A stretch of DNA of 64,000 nt from Patescibacteria group bacterium (lineage in GTDB: Bacteria > Patescibacteriota > Doudnabacteria > UBA920): assembly GCA_013387205.1 (NCBI GenBank), contig WARV01000010.1:765-64764 (forward strand), in the 5' to 3' direction. The stretch's first letter is position 1. The number at the start of each line of letters is the position of its first letter. Positions 1 through 9,948 of this stretch are shown one piece after another. The position numbers and the translations under genes are program-made. The notes beneath the pieces were generated by a model that was not told the origin of the DNA, searched no databases, and worked only from the letters and a program-made list of their open reading frames with translations.

Positions 1-1026
1 CACGCCCATCCCTTCTTCGAAACTCTGCGTGGCGAACTGGATGCAGAGAAAATCGTTGGTAAACCTAATCGCGTCCCTGGCAGTTTCATCCAAGTCGCGA
101 TAAGCCGACTCGGCTTCAGTGTCAGTGACAAGCGGGGCAGTCTGAACGCCCGCAACTTTGCAATAACGCTGCGGGTAGCCGATGTCGTACATCACTTCCA
201 CATACCGCGTCAGGTTGATGTCGCCGGACGGCAGGTCTGTGAACTGCATGGGGCGTTTCTTCCAGTCGGGCTGCATGCTGCGAAGCGGCAGGCCCGGACG
301 GATTCTGTGGTTTTTGACGTGGCAGCCATACACGTAATCGCCAACCTTGCGGAACCGCGTCTCCCAGTCCTCGCCTTCCCAGCAGTGGCTGGGATCGGCA
401 TTGACTACCACACAGTCATCTCCGTCGCAGATGTCCACCAGCATGAGGAAATCATCCGCGCATGCCGCTGCTGTCCCGGGATGAATTTCGTGCGCCAAAT
501 AGATGCCACGACTGCTAGCTTCTTCACGCAAGCGCCGGGTCTTATAAACGAACCGTTCCCGGCCTTCTTTGACCAGGTCATAGTCCGCTCCCGAGTAGAA
601 CCCCCACGGATAGCCGGTGGCCAGTTCCCAGCCGAAATACACACCCCAGAACATGGGCATGATCCTTACGTCCAATTCACCGGCAAGGTCGAACAGGCGC
701 AAGATGTAATCCTCGGCCCATTCTTCGATGCCCTTCGAGGACATCTGGGCGACTGAGGCCGGCAGGAACGGACGGATGGTTTTGCTACCGGTCCAGGCCG
801 TGCCATGAATCCAGAACGGGCAATGAGCAGAGATTCCGTCGAGCCGCAACTCGTTATTATCCAAAATGCTGCGGATTTCCGAAACCGGCAAAAAGCCGCC
901 CCTGCCGTCTTCGAGCATGAAATTCGACGGTTGAATCCCCATTGCGCTGGCATCTGCGGCAAATTCCGCAAACCCTTTAAGTCCTTTTGGACCGTGCTGG
1001 GCACCCTCGATACTTGAATGATACAT
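1..1026 (-). CDS. Sugar phosphate isomerase/epimerase (xylose-isomerase-like TIM barrel), runs off the window start
   Basis: Not in ORF track (no stop in window). Manual translation from ATG 1026 (SD GGAGG upstream): MYHSSIEGAQHG...LAHEIHPG...VNADPSH...CHVKNH, the metal-binding motifs of the AP-endonuclease-2/IolE-like family. Confidence 0.8.
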   Translation of the reverse strand, partial: MYHSSIEGAQHGPKGLKGFAEFAADASAMGIQPSNFMLEDGRGGFLPVSEIRSILDNNELRLDGISAHCPFWIHGTAWTGSKTIRPFLPASVAQMSSKGIEEWAEDYILRLFDLAGELDVRIMPMFWGVYFGWELATGYPWGFYSGADYDLVKEGRERFVYKTRRLREEASSRGIYLAHEIHPGTAAACADDFLMLVDICDGDDCVVVNADPSHCWEGEDWETRFRKVGDYVYGCHVKNHRIRPGLPLRSMQPDWKKRPMQFTDLPSGDINLTRYVEVMYDIGYPQRYCKVAGVQTAPLVTDTEAESAYRDLDETARDAIRFTNDFLCIQFATQSFEEGMGV

Positions 1027-1132
1027 TACAATCCTCCAACAAAATAGTCAACAAAAAAAGGGTTTTCACCCTAGTTTGTTGCCGAAGCAATGTTACAATT
1101 TTTTGGCTTATTTGTCAAGACTATTAAAGATT

Positions 1133-1245
1133 TTACGAAGTACTAATTTATGCGAACTTACGAATACCATCAAAACTGCTTATTTAATACAACTATTATA
1201 TATCTTCGTAAGTTCGTATCCGCCAGTTGGCGGAGTTCGTACTGG
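1133..1245. repeat. Periodic inverted-repeat element (TTACGAA/TTCGTA units) with nested TCCGCCAGTTGGCGGA palindrome
   Basis: Left-arm units ttacgaa/tactaa/tgcgaa; right-arm units ttcgta; nested palindrome ~1219-1234. Confidence 0.6.
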
Positions 1246-1252
1246 TAAAGAA

Positions 1253-2053
1253 TTAATTAAAAAGGTGTTTACTCTTCGACAATTCTTTAATGACCTGATA
1301 GGCTTCCTGGGCGTTATCTACCAAATGGAAAATTTCCATGTCTTCCTTGTTAATAGCCCCATTCTTTTCGCAAATTGTTTCTTTAATCCAATTGACGAGC
1401 GGCGACCAGAATTCACGGTTGACCAGAATTACCGGCACCGGGTCTATCTTTTTGGTCTGGATTAAGGTGACCATTTCGAAAAATTCATCCAAAGTGCCAA
1501 AACCGCCAGGGAAGAAAATATAAACTTGTGAGGCGAATTCCAGCATGACTTTTCTGGTAAAGAAGAAATCAAAACTTTCCGATTCTTTGACATACTGGTT
1601 GGTGCGCTGCTCAAAAGGCAATTTGATGTTAATACCAACAGAGCGCCCGCCTGCTTCAAAAGCTCCCTTGTTAGCCGCTTCCATAATCCCGGGACCCCCG
1701 CCGCTAATCACCACAAAGCCGGCCTTGGACAGCTTGAACGCCAAATCGCGCGCCTCTTCGTACACGCCGTTCTGCAAATTTACCCGCGCGCTTCCCATAA
1801 TGCTTACGGCTTTCTTGTATTTTTTCAAAAATTCAAACCCGGTAATGAACTCGGACATTATCCTAAAAATCGTCCAGGGCGAAACTTCCCTGTTGCGGCC
1901 TTCAAACAGCTTTACCAGTTCTGACGTCGGGACGCAGACTTCCTTTCCTTTGGACACAAAACATATAGTGTCGTTTTTAAACGGCATCTTTAAATGCGGA
2001 AACGGCCCGCTGGTTTTAACAGTTTTTTTTGATATTGCTTGATTATTTGCCAT
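1253..2053 (-). CDS. LOG-family nucleotide phosphoribohydrolase
   Basis: GSAR, SGGGPGIMEAANKGA, PGGFGTLDE motifs. Confidence 0.92.
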   Translation of the reverse strand: MANNQAISKKTVKTSGPFPHLKMPFKNDTICFVSKGKEVCVPTSELVKLFEGRNREVSPWTIFRIMSEFITGFEFLKKYKKAVSIMGSARVNLQNGVYEEARDLAFKLSKAGFVVISGGGPGIMEAANKGAFEAGGRSVGINIKLPFEQRTNQYVKESESFDFFFTRKVMLEFASQVYIFFPGGFGTLDEFFEMVTLIQTKKIDPVPVILVNREFWSPLVNWIKETICEKNGAINKEDMEIFHLVDNAQEAYQVIKELSKSKHLFN

Positions 2054-2079
2054 GTTGTTATATTTTAATTTCTTAAAGA

Positions 2080-2985
2080 TTATTTTTGAGTAAATACCTG
2101 ATAGAAGTGTAAATAATTTTGGCCAATTTGGGAAGCGGCTGTTTCCCTGTCTAGCTTTTTATCCCTAAAATCAGCCAAAACATCCCAAAAGATAGTTCGG
2201 CCAATAGCAAAGCCAACCACGCCTACTACTTGTTTGCCCGCGTTAAGCCATCTTTCTACATGCTCATTGCTTTCCCCTCTTCCTAAGACCACGACAGATA
2301 CATTTTCGCGGCCATCAGACTTGGCCTGAATCACTACTGCTTGATAATCATCCGATTTTTCCATGCCTTCAATTTTCCAAATATCAGGTTCGACTCCGGC
2401 ATCCTGCAGTTGCCTTATCATTTCAACGGTTAAATTCGGCCTTACTTCCAAATCGAACCTCTGTTTGTCGTCTGCCACGCCTGCCAATTGCAGAGCTGTC
2501 GGCAAAATCAGCGGCTCGATTAAAAATTTATGGCCATTTTTGTGGGAATAATCGCTTAGCTGTTTTAATTTTTCCGCCTGCCTTTTGTTGAGCTGTTCGT
2601 CGCCTTGCGGGTTATATCTTACCAATGCTTTGGTAAAAGCAGGTTTGTATTTTTCAATGTGTTTTCCAAAATCCATGCCATACTGAAAATCAAATTCTTC
2701 CGCCCCGCTGGTTTCCGAAGTCAAAATGGTCAAAAAACCGTTTTCCTTGGCATCCTTTAAGACCTTATCACCGAATTCTTCCTCAACGAGCAAACCGGCT
2801 CCGTCTTTAGGCACACCCATCTCCACGCCTTTTTTAAATCCTTCATAAATTAAAAACTTATAATCACTGATGGTTTGCTTCTGCTCTTCGCTAAGTTTCC
2901 CTTCCCACCCGAACATCTTTTTTATAAAAGACGCGCGGTGGTCAAATGCTAAAATATACAAAGGTTTTTTATATCCGATATCCAT
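2080..2985 (-). CDS. DUF2090 / IolC C-terminal-like class I aldolase-fold protein
   Basis: LAFDHR, PDIWKIEG, LGRG, GFAIGRTIF motifs. Confidence 0.85.
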   Translation of the reverse strand: MDIGYKKPLYILAFDHRASFIKKMFGWEGKLSEEQKQTISDYKFLIYEGFKKGVEMGVPKDGAGLLVEEEFGDKVLKDAKENGFLTILTSETSGAEEFDFQYGMDFGKHIEKYKPAFTKALVRYNPQGDEQLNKRQAEKLKQLSDYSHKNGHKFLIEPLILPTALQLAGVADDKQRFDLEVRPNLTVEMIRQLQDAGVEPDIWKIEGMEKSDDYQAVVIQAKSDGRENVSVVVLGRGESNEHVERWLNAGKQVVGVVGFAIGRTIFWDVLADFRDKKLDRETAASQIGQNYLHFYQVFTQK

Positions 2986-2992
2986 ATATTTA

Positions 2993-5065
2993 CTAAATAT
3001 TTTCTTTTACTATTTTTATAATTGCATTCTTGTCTATTTCTTCGTAAGCCAAAAGCTCGTCTGGCTTGCCGCTCTTGGGTTCTTTTTTTACGGCAAGGGA
3101 TACCACTTTTACCTCTTCTCCTGGCAAGGAGAAGGTGCCGAAGGCGGATGAGGTCGAATCATTACTGCTAGTTCGACCTCTCTGTCCCTGCGGGACATCT
3201 CCCCTCGCCAGGGGAGAAGGAACACAAAGAGCGGAAAGCACCGCCTCGCCGAGCCCGCCTTCTAAGTGATGGTCTTCAACTGTAATTATTGCTTTGGTTT
3301 CCAGCGCGGCTTTTTTAATTGTTTCTATATCAATTGGCTTAATGCTGTATAGATCTATCACGCGGATGTTAATATTTTCTTTTTGCAGTTCCTCGTAAGC
3401 AGACAGCGCTTCATGCAAAGTTATGCCGGCACCAATTACCGTGATTTGATCAGTATCCGATGATCTTAGAGTACATGCCCCCCCGATCCTAAATTCATGA
3501 TGAATTAATTTTTGTTCATTTTTGTCATTTTCGTCGTTTTCGTCGTTTTTGTCATTTGTGTACAATATTTTCGTTTCTTTTCTGGTTGTCCTAATATATA
3601 CCAAGCCGTCGTGCCCTGCTGCGGCTGCCACTAATTTTTCGGTTGAAACGGCATCAGAAGGATACAACACAACCGATCCGATTAGCGAACGGAACATGGC
3701 AATATCTTCAAGGCCCATTTGGCTTACCCCATCTTCGCCAATAGACACTCCTGCGTGAGAGCCGCAAACTTTGATATTGCTATGGGCATACTGGCTCATG
3801 CGAACCTGGTCGTAAGCACGGGACAAAAACGCGGCAAAAGTGGACACGAACGGGATTTTGCCGCGGCGGGCAAAACCCATAGCGGCTCCAACCATATTTT
3901 GCTCGGCAATATACATTTCAAAAAACCTGTCCGGCGCGACTTTCTTAAAAGCATCGGAATAAGTTGAATTGGAAACTTCGGCATCAAGCACCACCATATT
4001 CGGATAAGCATCCGCTAAATTTGCCAAAGCATTGCCATAAGCTTTTCTTGTCGCTGTCGGCTTTTCGTAATTTGAAAAATTAATATCACCTGCTGCAATT
4101 CTCCCCTCCTGTAAAGGAGGGGTGGCTGCGTTAGCAGACGGGGTGGTAGATAATTGTTCTGGAATTGCCACCTGACCAACAATATTTTTATCAACATCCC
4201 CTAATTCTTGCAACGCGCGATTTAAATCCTCGGCCGACAACGGCTTTCCATGCCATCCGTCCTTGTCTTCCAAAAACGACACACCTTTGCCTTTTACAGT
4301 TTTTGCGATTATCATTGTAGGACGACCGTCCTGTAGCGGGCGGATAGTATCCGCCCCTACAGCCATTTCCAAAGCCTTATTTATCTGCTCAAAATCATGC
4401 CCGTCAATAACCATGGTTTTCCAGCCAAAAGACTCAACCCGCTTTTGGTAGGTGTCTGTGTCCCAACCAAGCATGGTTTCCCCTCTCTGGCCCAAACGAT
4501 TGCAATCCAAAATTCCTATCAAATTATTCAGATGGTAATGCGAAGCAGCCTGCAAAGCTTCCCACACGCTGCCTTCGGCCATTTCACTGTCGCCAAGCAT
4601 GACGTAAGTTTTATATGATAATTTATCAAGTTTGGCATTAAGCGCCATGCCAAGCCCGACCGATAAACCTTGGCCTAAAGATCCTGTAGGCACTTCGGTA
4701 TACGGAAAAGCCAAAGTCGGATGCCCCTCCAAACGCGAACCAAACTTTCGCAGTGTCATCAGTTCTTCTGGATTGATTGCGCTCTGTAGCGGGCGGATAC
4801 TATCCGCCCCTACACCTGCTGTTTTTCCTGCTACCGCATATAGTGAATACAAAACAGGCGCTGCATGCCCTTTGGACAGAATAAACCGGTCGTTATTTGC
4901 ATACTCGGGATTATCTAAATCTGCCTTGAAAAATCCATTAAAGAATAAAGCGGTCAATAAATCTGCCGCTGACATAGCCGAAGTCGGATGCCCGCTGCCT
5001 GCTTTCGTGGTAGAAGTTAAAGAATAGTAACGGATTAGCTTGGCTAATTTTTGCAAGTCTTGCAT
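2993..5065 (-). CDS. tkt: Transketolase carrying several in-frame repeat insertions
   Basis: SGHPT, LSKGH, TGSLGQG, GDSE..EG TPP motif, IAEQNM, GEDGVSQM. Confidence 0.95.
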   Translation of the reverse strand: MQDLQKLAKLIRYYSLTSTTKAGSGHPTSAMSAADLLTALFFNGFFKADLDNPEYANNDRFILSKGHAAPVLYSLYAVAGKTAGVGADSIRPLQSAINPEELMTLRKFGSRLEGHPTLAFPYTEVPTGSLGQGLSVGLGMALNAKLDKLSYKTYVMLGDSEMAEGSVWEALQAASHYHLNNLIGILDCNRLGQRGETMLGWDTDTYQKRVESFGWKTMVIDGHDFEQINKALEMAVGADTIRPLQDGRPTMIIAKTVKGKGVSFLEDKDGWHGKPLSAEDLNRALQELGDVDKNIVGQVAIPEQLSTTPSANAATPPLQEGRIAAGDINFSNYEKPTATRKAYGNALANLADAYPNMVVLDAEVSNSTYSDAFKKVAPDRFFEMYIAEQNMVGAAMGFARRGKIPFVSTFAAFLSRAYDQVRMSQYAHSNIKVCGSHAGVSIGEDGVSQMGLEDIAMFRSLIGSVVLYPSDAVSTEKLVAAAAGHDGLVYIRTTRKETKILYTNDKNDENDENDKNEQKLIHHEFRIGGACTLRSSDTDQITVIGAGITLHEALSAYEELQKENINIRVIDLYSIKPIDIETIKKAALETKAIITVEDHHLEGGLGEAVLSALCVPSPLARGDVPQGQRGRTSSNDSTSSAFGTFSLPGEEVKVVSLAVKKEPKSGKPDELLAYEEIDKNAIIKIVKENI

Positions 5066-5144
5066 AATGGAATTCTTAAATTTATTACTTTAATATTATA
5101 CCATCCAACCTAAGTTTCTACGAACTAACACCTCTACCATACTT

Positions 5145-5257
5145 CTACTAAATACTAAAAGGTACTAAATATACTAAATCACATCAAATATACTTAATTG
5201 ATATCACTGCTAGTATATAGCTTTAGTATATTTAGTATTATTTCGTATTTAGTAGAG
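5145..5257. mobile_element. ~115-bp MITE-like element, family 'CTACTAAA'
   Basis: Ends TCTACTAAATAC...GTATTTAGTAGA with shared core TACTTAATTGATATCA. Further copies at ~18372-18458 (short), 18786-18901, 19756-19870, 32180-32296, 63705-63803. Confidence 0.75.
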
Positions 5258-5260
5258 CTT

Positions 5261-6931
5261 TTAGTATCCGTTAATCCCAAACATGGATTTGGGCAATTCG
5301 AATTTGGAGATAATCCCCTGGTTTTGCTGGTTTCTTTTTAAAAAGACAATATTATAGCCATCCACGAACACCGGCGCCCATAACGGGTCATGAACCCGGC
5401 TGATTAGAAAGCTCTGCGCCCAAGGGGTAAAATCGCGGTGGGAAAAAATTATGACATTAAAATTTTCTTGTCTTTCCAGTTCCTGCCAGGCCTGCGCGTT
5501 ATCCTGGGCCGGGATATAGATTTTCTGCAAAAAATCCACGGAATAAGCTTCCGGGCGGTTATCAACGAAAACTTTTTCTTTGGGGAATAAATGGAAGATT
5601 AAATAACCGCCAATATCGTAGTCGTTAAAAATAGGGCCTTGAATATTATTTTGTTTGATAAATTCAGCCGAAGCATTCACGTAAGGCATTAAGCCAATTC
5701 CCATAGCCGAAGTCTTCTCGGAAAATTTCAGATAGTCGCGGTAGCCGCTGCCTAAAATAATAAGCAGGCAGATTGCAATAAAATACGCGTGACGAATATC
5801 AAGGGGTATCCTTGATCTGATCAAGGATGCCCCTTGATACAACGCATTGATGTTGTAGGCTAGAATAGGGATAATGAATAACCCGAAAAACGGAAAATTA
5901 CGGATGCCGAACACTGCCATCACCGAAACAATAAAAAAAATGGCAAACAGCGGCCAGGAAAATTTTTTCCTTTGGAAAAATATCACCAAAATAAAACTTA
6001 TAACCCCTATTGCCAGCACTGCTTTGAACAAAGAAAAATTCAACCCGGCCGTGTGGTTAAGCCTTTCCAAAAACCGGACGGACTGGTTTTCAACGACCAA
6101 GTAACCGTAGTTGTTAAAAATCTGCAAAGGATAGAGCGCGCCTTTAATGAAGTTAGGATTAACTAGCGCGGCTAAACCAGAGACTATACCAGTCAGCAAT
6201 AAATTCTTATCAAAAATTTCGTAAAAATCGCGGCCGCGATTTTTACGAAATCGGTTGTCTACCAGAGACCTTGTGGCACTGCTTACAAAAAACACAAAAA
6301 TCAGCAGCAAGCCCATAAAAAACCCGATGTGTAAGTTTACCCAAATAAGCATTAATACTGGCAATAAATACAACCATCGTTTTTTAGTTTTATCCGCGTT
6401 TATATCCGCGGCTGCAGTATCAGATCCGCGTGCAATCTGCGGATTATAATACACCCACAGCACAAAGAAAAATATCCCGGTAAAAAGATAGGTAAACATT
6501 TCCGGGCGCACTTCCGCGCGCGTGGCAAACAATGGCATAACCAAAACACTTGCAGCAATAGCTAAAAGCCAGCCGCCCATCTTTTTTGCCAGGAAAAAAT
6601 ACACGGCAAAAGTACTTATGCCGAGCAGGATGTAAAATGCTGACAGGCCGGAAAATCCCAAAATTTTCCATACCAGGAAAAACACCACCCCGCTCCCCCA
6701 GTGGTGGTTGATAAACGAAAAGCCAGGCTCAGTGTAGGAATAAAAATTTGTCTTAAAGATATTTTGAGAAAAACCGGAAAGTATAATTTCCCCATTCTTG
6801 ATATGCCTGCCCAAATCCGCGGTAGTCAAATCTATCTTCTGGGCAAAATAAAGCCCGCACCAAGACAATAGGATGATGACGCCTAAGATTTTAAGGATAT
6901 TTGATATTATTTTGGTTTTACTATTAGCCAT
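5261..6931 (-). CDS. Polytopic membrane protein, possible GT-C-fold glycosyltransferase
   Basis: Many TM segments; DLGRH..G, RPEMF, WVNLHIGF, FVDNRPEAY motifs. Confidence 0.6.
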   Translation of the reverse strand: MANSKTKIISNILKILGVIILLSWCGLYFAQKIDLTTADLGRHIKNGEIILSGFSQNIFKTNFYSYTEPGFSFINHHWGSGVVFFLVWKILGFSGLSAFYILLGISTFAVYFFLAKKMGGWLLAIAASVLVMPLFATRAEVRPEMFTYLFTGIFFFVLWVYYNPQIARGSDTAAADINADKTKKRWLYLLPVLMLIWVNLHIGFFMGLLLIFVFFVSSATRSLVDNRFRKNRGRDFYEIFDKNLLLTGIVSGLAALVNPNFIKGALYPLQIFNNYGYLVVENQSVRFLERLNHTAGLNFSLFKAVLAIGVISFILVIFFQRKKFSWPLFAIFFIVSVMAVFGIRNFPFFGLFIIPILAYNINALYQGASLIRSRIPLDIRHAYFIAICLLIILGSGYRDYLKFSEKTSAMGIGLMPYVNASAEFIKQNNIQGPIFNDYDIGGYLIFHLFPKEKVFVDNRPEAYSVDFLQKIYIPAQDNAQAWQELERQENFNVIIFSHRDFTPWAQSFLISRVHDPLWAPVFVDGYNIVFLKRNQQNQGIISKFELPKSMFGINGY

Positions 6932-6939
6932 GCCTGCAA

Positions 6940-7062
6940 ATTTCTAATTGACCTAATTAACCTAATTATTCTAAATAAATCCCAAAACCTAATGCCTAAT
7001 TTAGAAATTGGGAATTGGTGCTTGTTTAGGTTAATTAGAAATTAGAATAATTAGAATAATTT
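6940..7062. repeat. Periodic inverted-repeat element, family 'CCTAATT/AATTAG'
   Basis: ~9-nt units ctaatt on the left arm and aattag on the right. Related copies at ~43775-43915, 44393-44540, 48690-48905, 51020-51195, 52670-52900, 62840-62972. Confidence 0.7.
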
Positions 7063-7129
7063 TAAATCCGCCATGTCTTCATTGAACATAGTTTATTTTA
7101 CCAAAATATTTTAGTGATGACTAACTTGC

Positions 7130-8326
7130 TTATTTCTTCTTAATTAGCCTGCGTATCTCTTTAACCTTATCTATCTTTTCCCACGGTAATTTAAGGTCAT
7201 TCCTGCCAAAGTGGCCGTAAGCGGCGACTTGACGGTAAATGGGACGGCGCAGACTAAGATTTTTTATTATCATGCCCGGGCGCAAGTCAAAAACCTGCCT
7301 TGTTATGTCCACAATCTTGTCGTCGGAAAAACGGGATGTGCCAAAAGTATCCACACGAACGGATAAAGGCTCAGGCACGCCAATGGCATAAGCAATCTGT
7401 ACTTCGATTTTTTTGGCCAGTCCCGCGGCCACCAAATTCTTTGCCACATAACGGGCCATGTAGCTGCCGCTGCGGTCCACTTTGGACGGATCTTTACCGG
7501 AAAAACATCCGCCACCATGGCGACCTGCCCCGCCATAAGTATCGACAATAATCTTGCGGCCAGTTAAGCCGGTATCACCCTGCGGCCCGCCAATCACGAA
7601 CCTGCCGGTAGAGTTTACCAGAATGCGGGTTTTCTTATCGAGCAATTTTTTTGGAATTACGTATTTAATTACGTGTTTGAAAATTTCATCTTTCAATTTG
7701 GAAGAATCGACTTCCGGATCATGCTGCGCGGCAATTAAAACCGTATGTACCCTTTTGGGCTTATCTCCGTTATATTCCACTGTCACCTGCGATTTGCCGT
7801 CAGGCCTTAAGCCTTTAACAATTCCTTTTTTGCGAACCGCTGCCAAACGCTGGGTCAGTTTATGCGCTAAGACGATAGGCAGAGGCATTAATTCTTTGGT
7901 TTCGTCGGTAGCCAAACCGAACATTAATCCCTGGTCGCCCGCGCCCAAATTTTCCAAATCTTCTTTGACTATTTCCCCGCCCCTGCCTTTAACAAAGCTG
8001 TCCACTCCCATGGCAATATCGCCGGACTGCTCTTTAATGGCCACAACCACACCCGAGGTTTCCCACTGGAAGCCGTATTTTGCGTCAGTATAACCGATAC
8101 CCTTAATCACGCTGCGCGCGATTTTCGGGATATCGACATAAGTTTTAGTAGTCACTTCCCCTGCCACCATACAAACGCCGTTAGTGACCAGCGTTTCCAC
8201 TGCCACGCGCCCGCGGGGGTCGTTTTTTAAAATCTCATCCAAAATAGCGTCTGAAATTTGGTCGCACATCTTGTCCGGATGGCCTTCGGTTACGGATTCC
8301 GAAGTGAACAATTTTAGGTTTGGCAT
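7130..8326 (-). CDS. metK: S-adenosylmethionine synthetase
   Basis: [28 protein letters not shown]. Confidence 0.98.
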   Translation of the reverse strand: MPNLKLFTSESVTEGHPDKMCDQISDAILDEILKNDPRGRVAVETLVTNGVCMVAGEVTTKTYVDIPKIARSVIKGIGYTDAKYGFQWETSGVVVAIKEQSGDIAMGVDSFVKGRGGEIVKEDLENLGAGDQGLMFGLATDETKELMPLPIVLAHKLTQRLAAVRKKGIVKGLRPDGKSQVTVEYNGDKPKRVHTVLIAAQHDPEVDSSKLKDEIFKHVIKYVIPKKLLDKKTRILVNSTGRFVIGGPQGDTGLTGRKIIVDTYGGAGRHGGGCFSGKDPSKVDRSGSYMARYVAKNLVAAGLAKKIEVQIAYAIGVPEPLSVRVDTFGTSRFSDDKIVDITRQVFDLRPGMIIKNLSLRRPIYRQVAAYGHFGRNDLKLPWEKIDKVKEIRRLIKKK

Positions 8327-8382
8327 ATTTTTTCGTTTTGCTGACGCGCTAAAATTACGCGAGTCAACAAAAAAATTCCTTT

Positions 8383-8535
8383 CTTATCCCTAGCTTCTCC
8401 CTTATCCTCTCCCCAAGATATGGGGAGATCCCGACTTGTCGGGAGAGAGGTTGATGCTAAGTTAGCACCTTGCTTTGACTGGAAACATCTAAGTAGGTTG
8501 CCGCCTCGGGATGCAACCCGAGATCTCTTGATAAT
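8383..8535 (-). promoter_or_regulatory. SAM-I-superfamily riboswitch variant upstream of metK
   Basis: TTATCAAGAG...CGGCAACC...AAGGTGCTAA...GATAAG core in the metK leader; promoter TTGACG(8582-87)-17-TAATCT(8559-64). Confidence 0.8.
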
Positions 8536-8600
8536 TATCAAATTTAATTGTTGCTTATAGATTACGCTAAAAAATAATGCACGTCAAGCAAAAGAAAGTG

Positions 8601-9119
8601 TTATCCAAAAATGCTAGCATGATGGCCAATTCCCAATCCGCGAATACCGGCACCGGCCGGGTCAATATCAATCCACCTCTCCCCAACCTTAACCTGCAAA
8701 TACTGATGAGGCACGAAATTTAAAAACACATGTTTTACTTTTATATCCTCTGTTTTAAAAAATTTGCTATTTGCTAAAAAGGTATAAATTACAAAATTGA
8801 TGGTTGAACAATAAGCAAAACCTTTTACATGCCAGATTTTTTCCAAATCGCTGCGGAATAATTTCGGCAATTGCAACGCTGCCTGGAACCTGCTGTGCTG
8901 CCATCTTTCGGAAACGGTTTTATAAACGGCATCCAAATACGCTTTCTGGTCTGGCGATTGCGCTTCCAGCTCGCTAATTTTTTCTTTCATTTCCTGCGGC
9001 AAACTCGTCGGCGGCTGGTATTGCCTAAAACCCATATAGGGCACCACCAGGCGCAACGCCACAAACACCAGCAAAAAATACGCGGCGACAATTGCCAAAA
9101 TCCAATAAAATGTTTCCAT
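8601..9119 (-). CDS. Membrane-anchored transglutaminase-like protein (likely start 9119)
   Basis: N-terminal TM; Cys (YCSTINF), His (HQYLQV), Asp (IDIDP) triad spacing. Confidence 0.65.
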   Translation of the reverse strand: METFYWILAIVAAYFLLVFVALRLVVPYMGFRQYQPPTSLPQEMKEKISELEAQSPDQKAYLDAVYKTVSERWQHSRFQAALQLPKLFRSDLEKIWHVKGFAYCSTINFVIYTFLANSKFFKTEDIKVKHVFLNFVPHQYLQVKVGERWIDIDPAGAGIRGLGIGHHASIFG

Positions 9120-9255
9120 ACAACAATTATACCATGAAAACCTCAACCGTCGGTTGAGTTAATAATTTCTTAGGAAAAATGATAGAATTCTAAGTGACTA
9201 AATTCGCCATATTTTTTATATTGAACCAGTTAATATGGTATGCTATAATAATGGT

Positions 9256-9948
9256 ATGCCAAGAATGAATATATTTAAAAAACAGGCTTTCAAACTCAGG
9301 TTAAAAGGTTTTTCGTATAACCTTATTCATAAAAAATTAGGGGTTGCAAAAAGTACCCTGAGCGATTGGTTTAGGGAAGTTCCCTATACCCCGAATGACC
9401 AAGTTTTGAAAAGAATTAAATTTGGCCCTCTTAGAAGCGCGGAAAAAAGGCATAACGAAAAAGTTCAAGCTATTACTGACACCAGGCAAATTGGAATTAA
9501 AGAAATAGGAAAACTTTCAAAAAGAGATCTATGGTTGCTGGGTTTAGGATTATATATCGGAGAAGGTACTAAATCGTACGAAATCATCCGTATAATTAAT
9601 TCCAACCCCGAAGTAATTAAACTAGCTGTACATTGGTTTAAAAACATCTGTTGTTTGGATGAAAAAAATATTACTATTGCTTTGCACCTATATCCGGATA
9701 ACAATGAACTTGCGTGTATAAAATTCTGGGAAAAGGTTACGGGCCTACCAAGAACTAATTTCAGAAAAACACAAATAGACAGACGAAAAGATAAAAAAGC
9801 CATAAAAAAACAAAAGTTGCCATATGGCACTGCCCATGTTACAATAGTCAGTAATGGAGATTCTGAAAAGGGAGTAAGGTTATACAGAAAAATGGAAGGT
9901 TGGATTTTAGGAGCCTTAACGCAAATTAATAATGCGGGTATCGTATAG
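9256..9948 (+). CDS. HTH plus LAGLIDADG-like protein whose stop lies inside tRNA-Gly
   Basis: N-terminal HTH (GFSYNLIHKKLGVAKSTLSDW); LGLYIGEGTK..IINSNPEVI helix; promoter TTGAAC-17-TATAAT ending 6 nt before ATG 9256. Confidence 0.6.
   Translation: MPRMNIFKKQAFKLRLKGFSYNLIHKKLGVAKSTLSDWFREVPYTPNDQVLKRIKFGPLRSAEKRHNEKVQAITDTRQIGIKEIGKLSKRDLWLLGLGLYIGEGTKSYEIIRIINSNPEVIKLAVHWFKNICCLDEKNITIALHLYPDNNELACIKFWEKVTGLPRTNFRKTQIDRRKDKKAIKKQKLPYGTAHVTIVSNGDSEKGVRLYRKMEGWILGALTQINNAGIV

Noticed and set aside
210-1017. ORF-track ORFs in 210-1017
   Set aside because: They are shadows of the minus-strand isomerase frame (1-1026).
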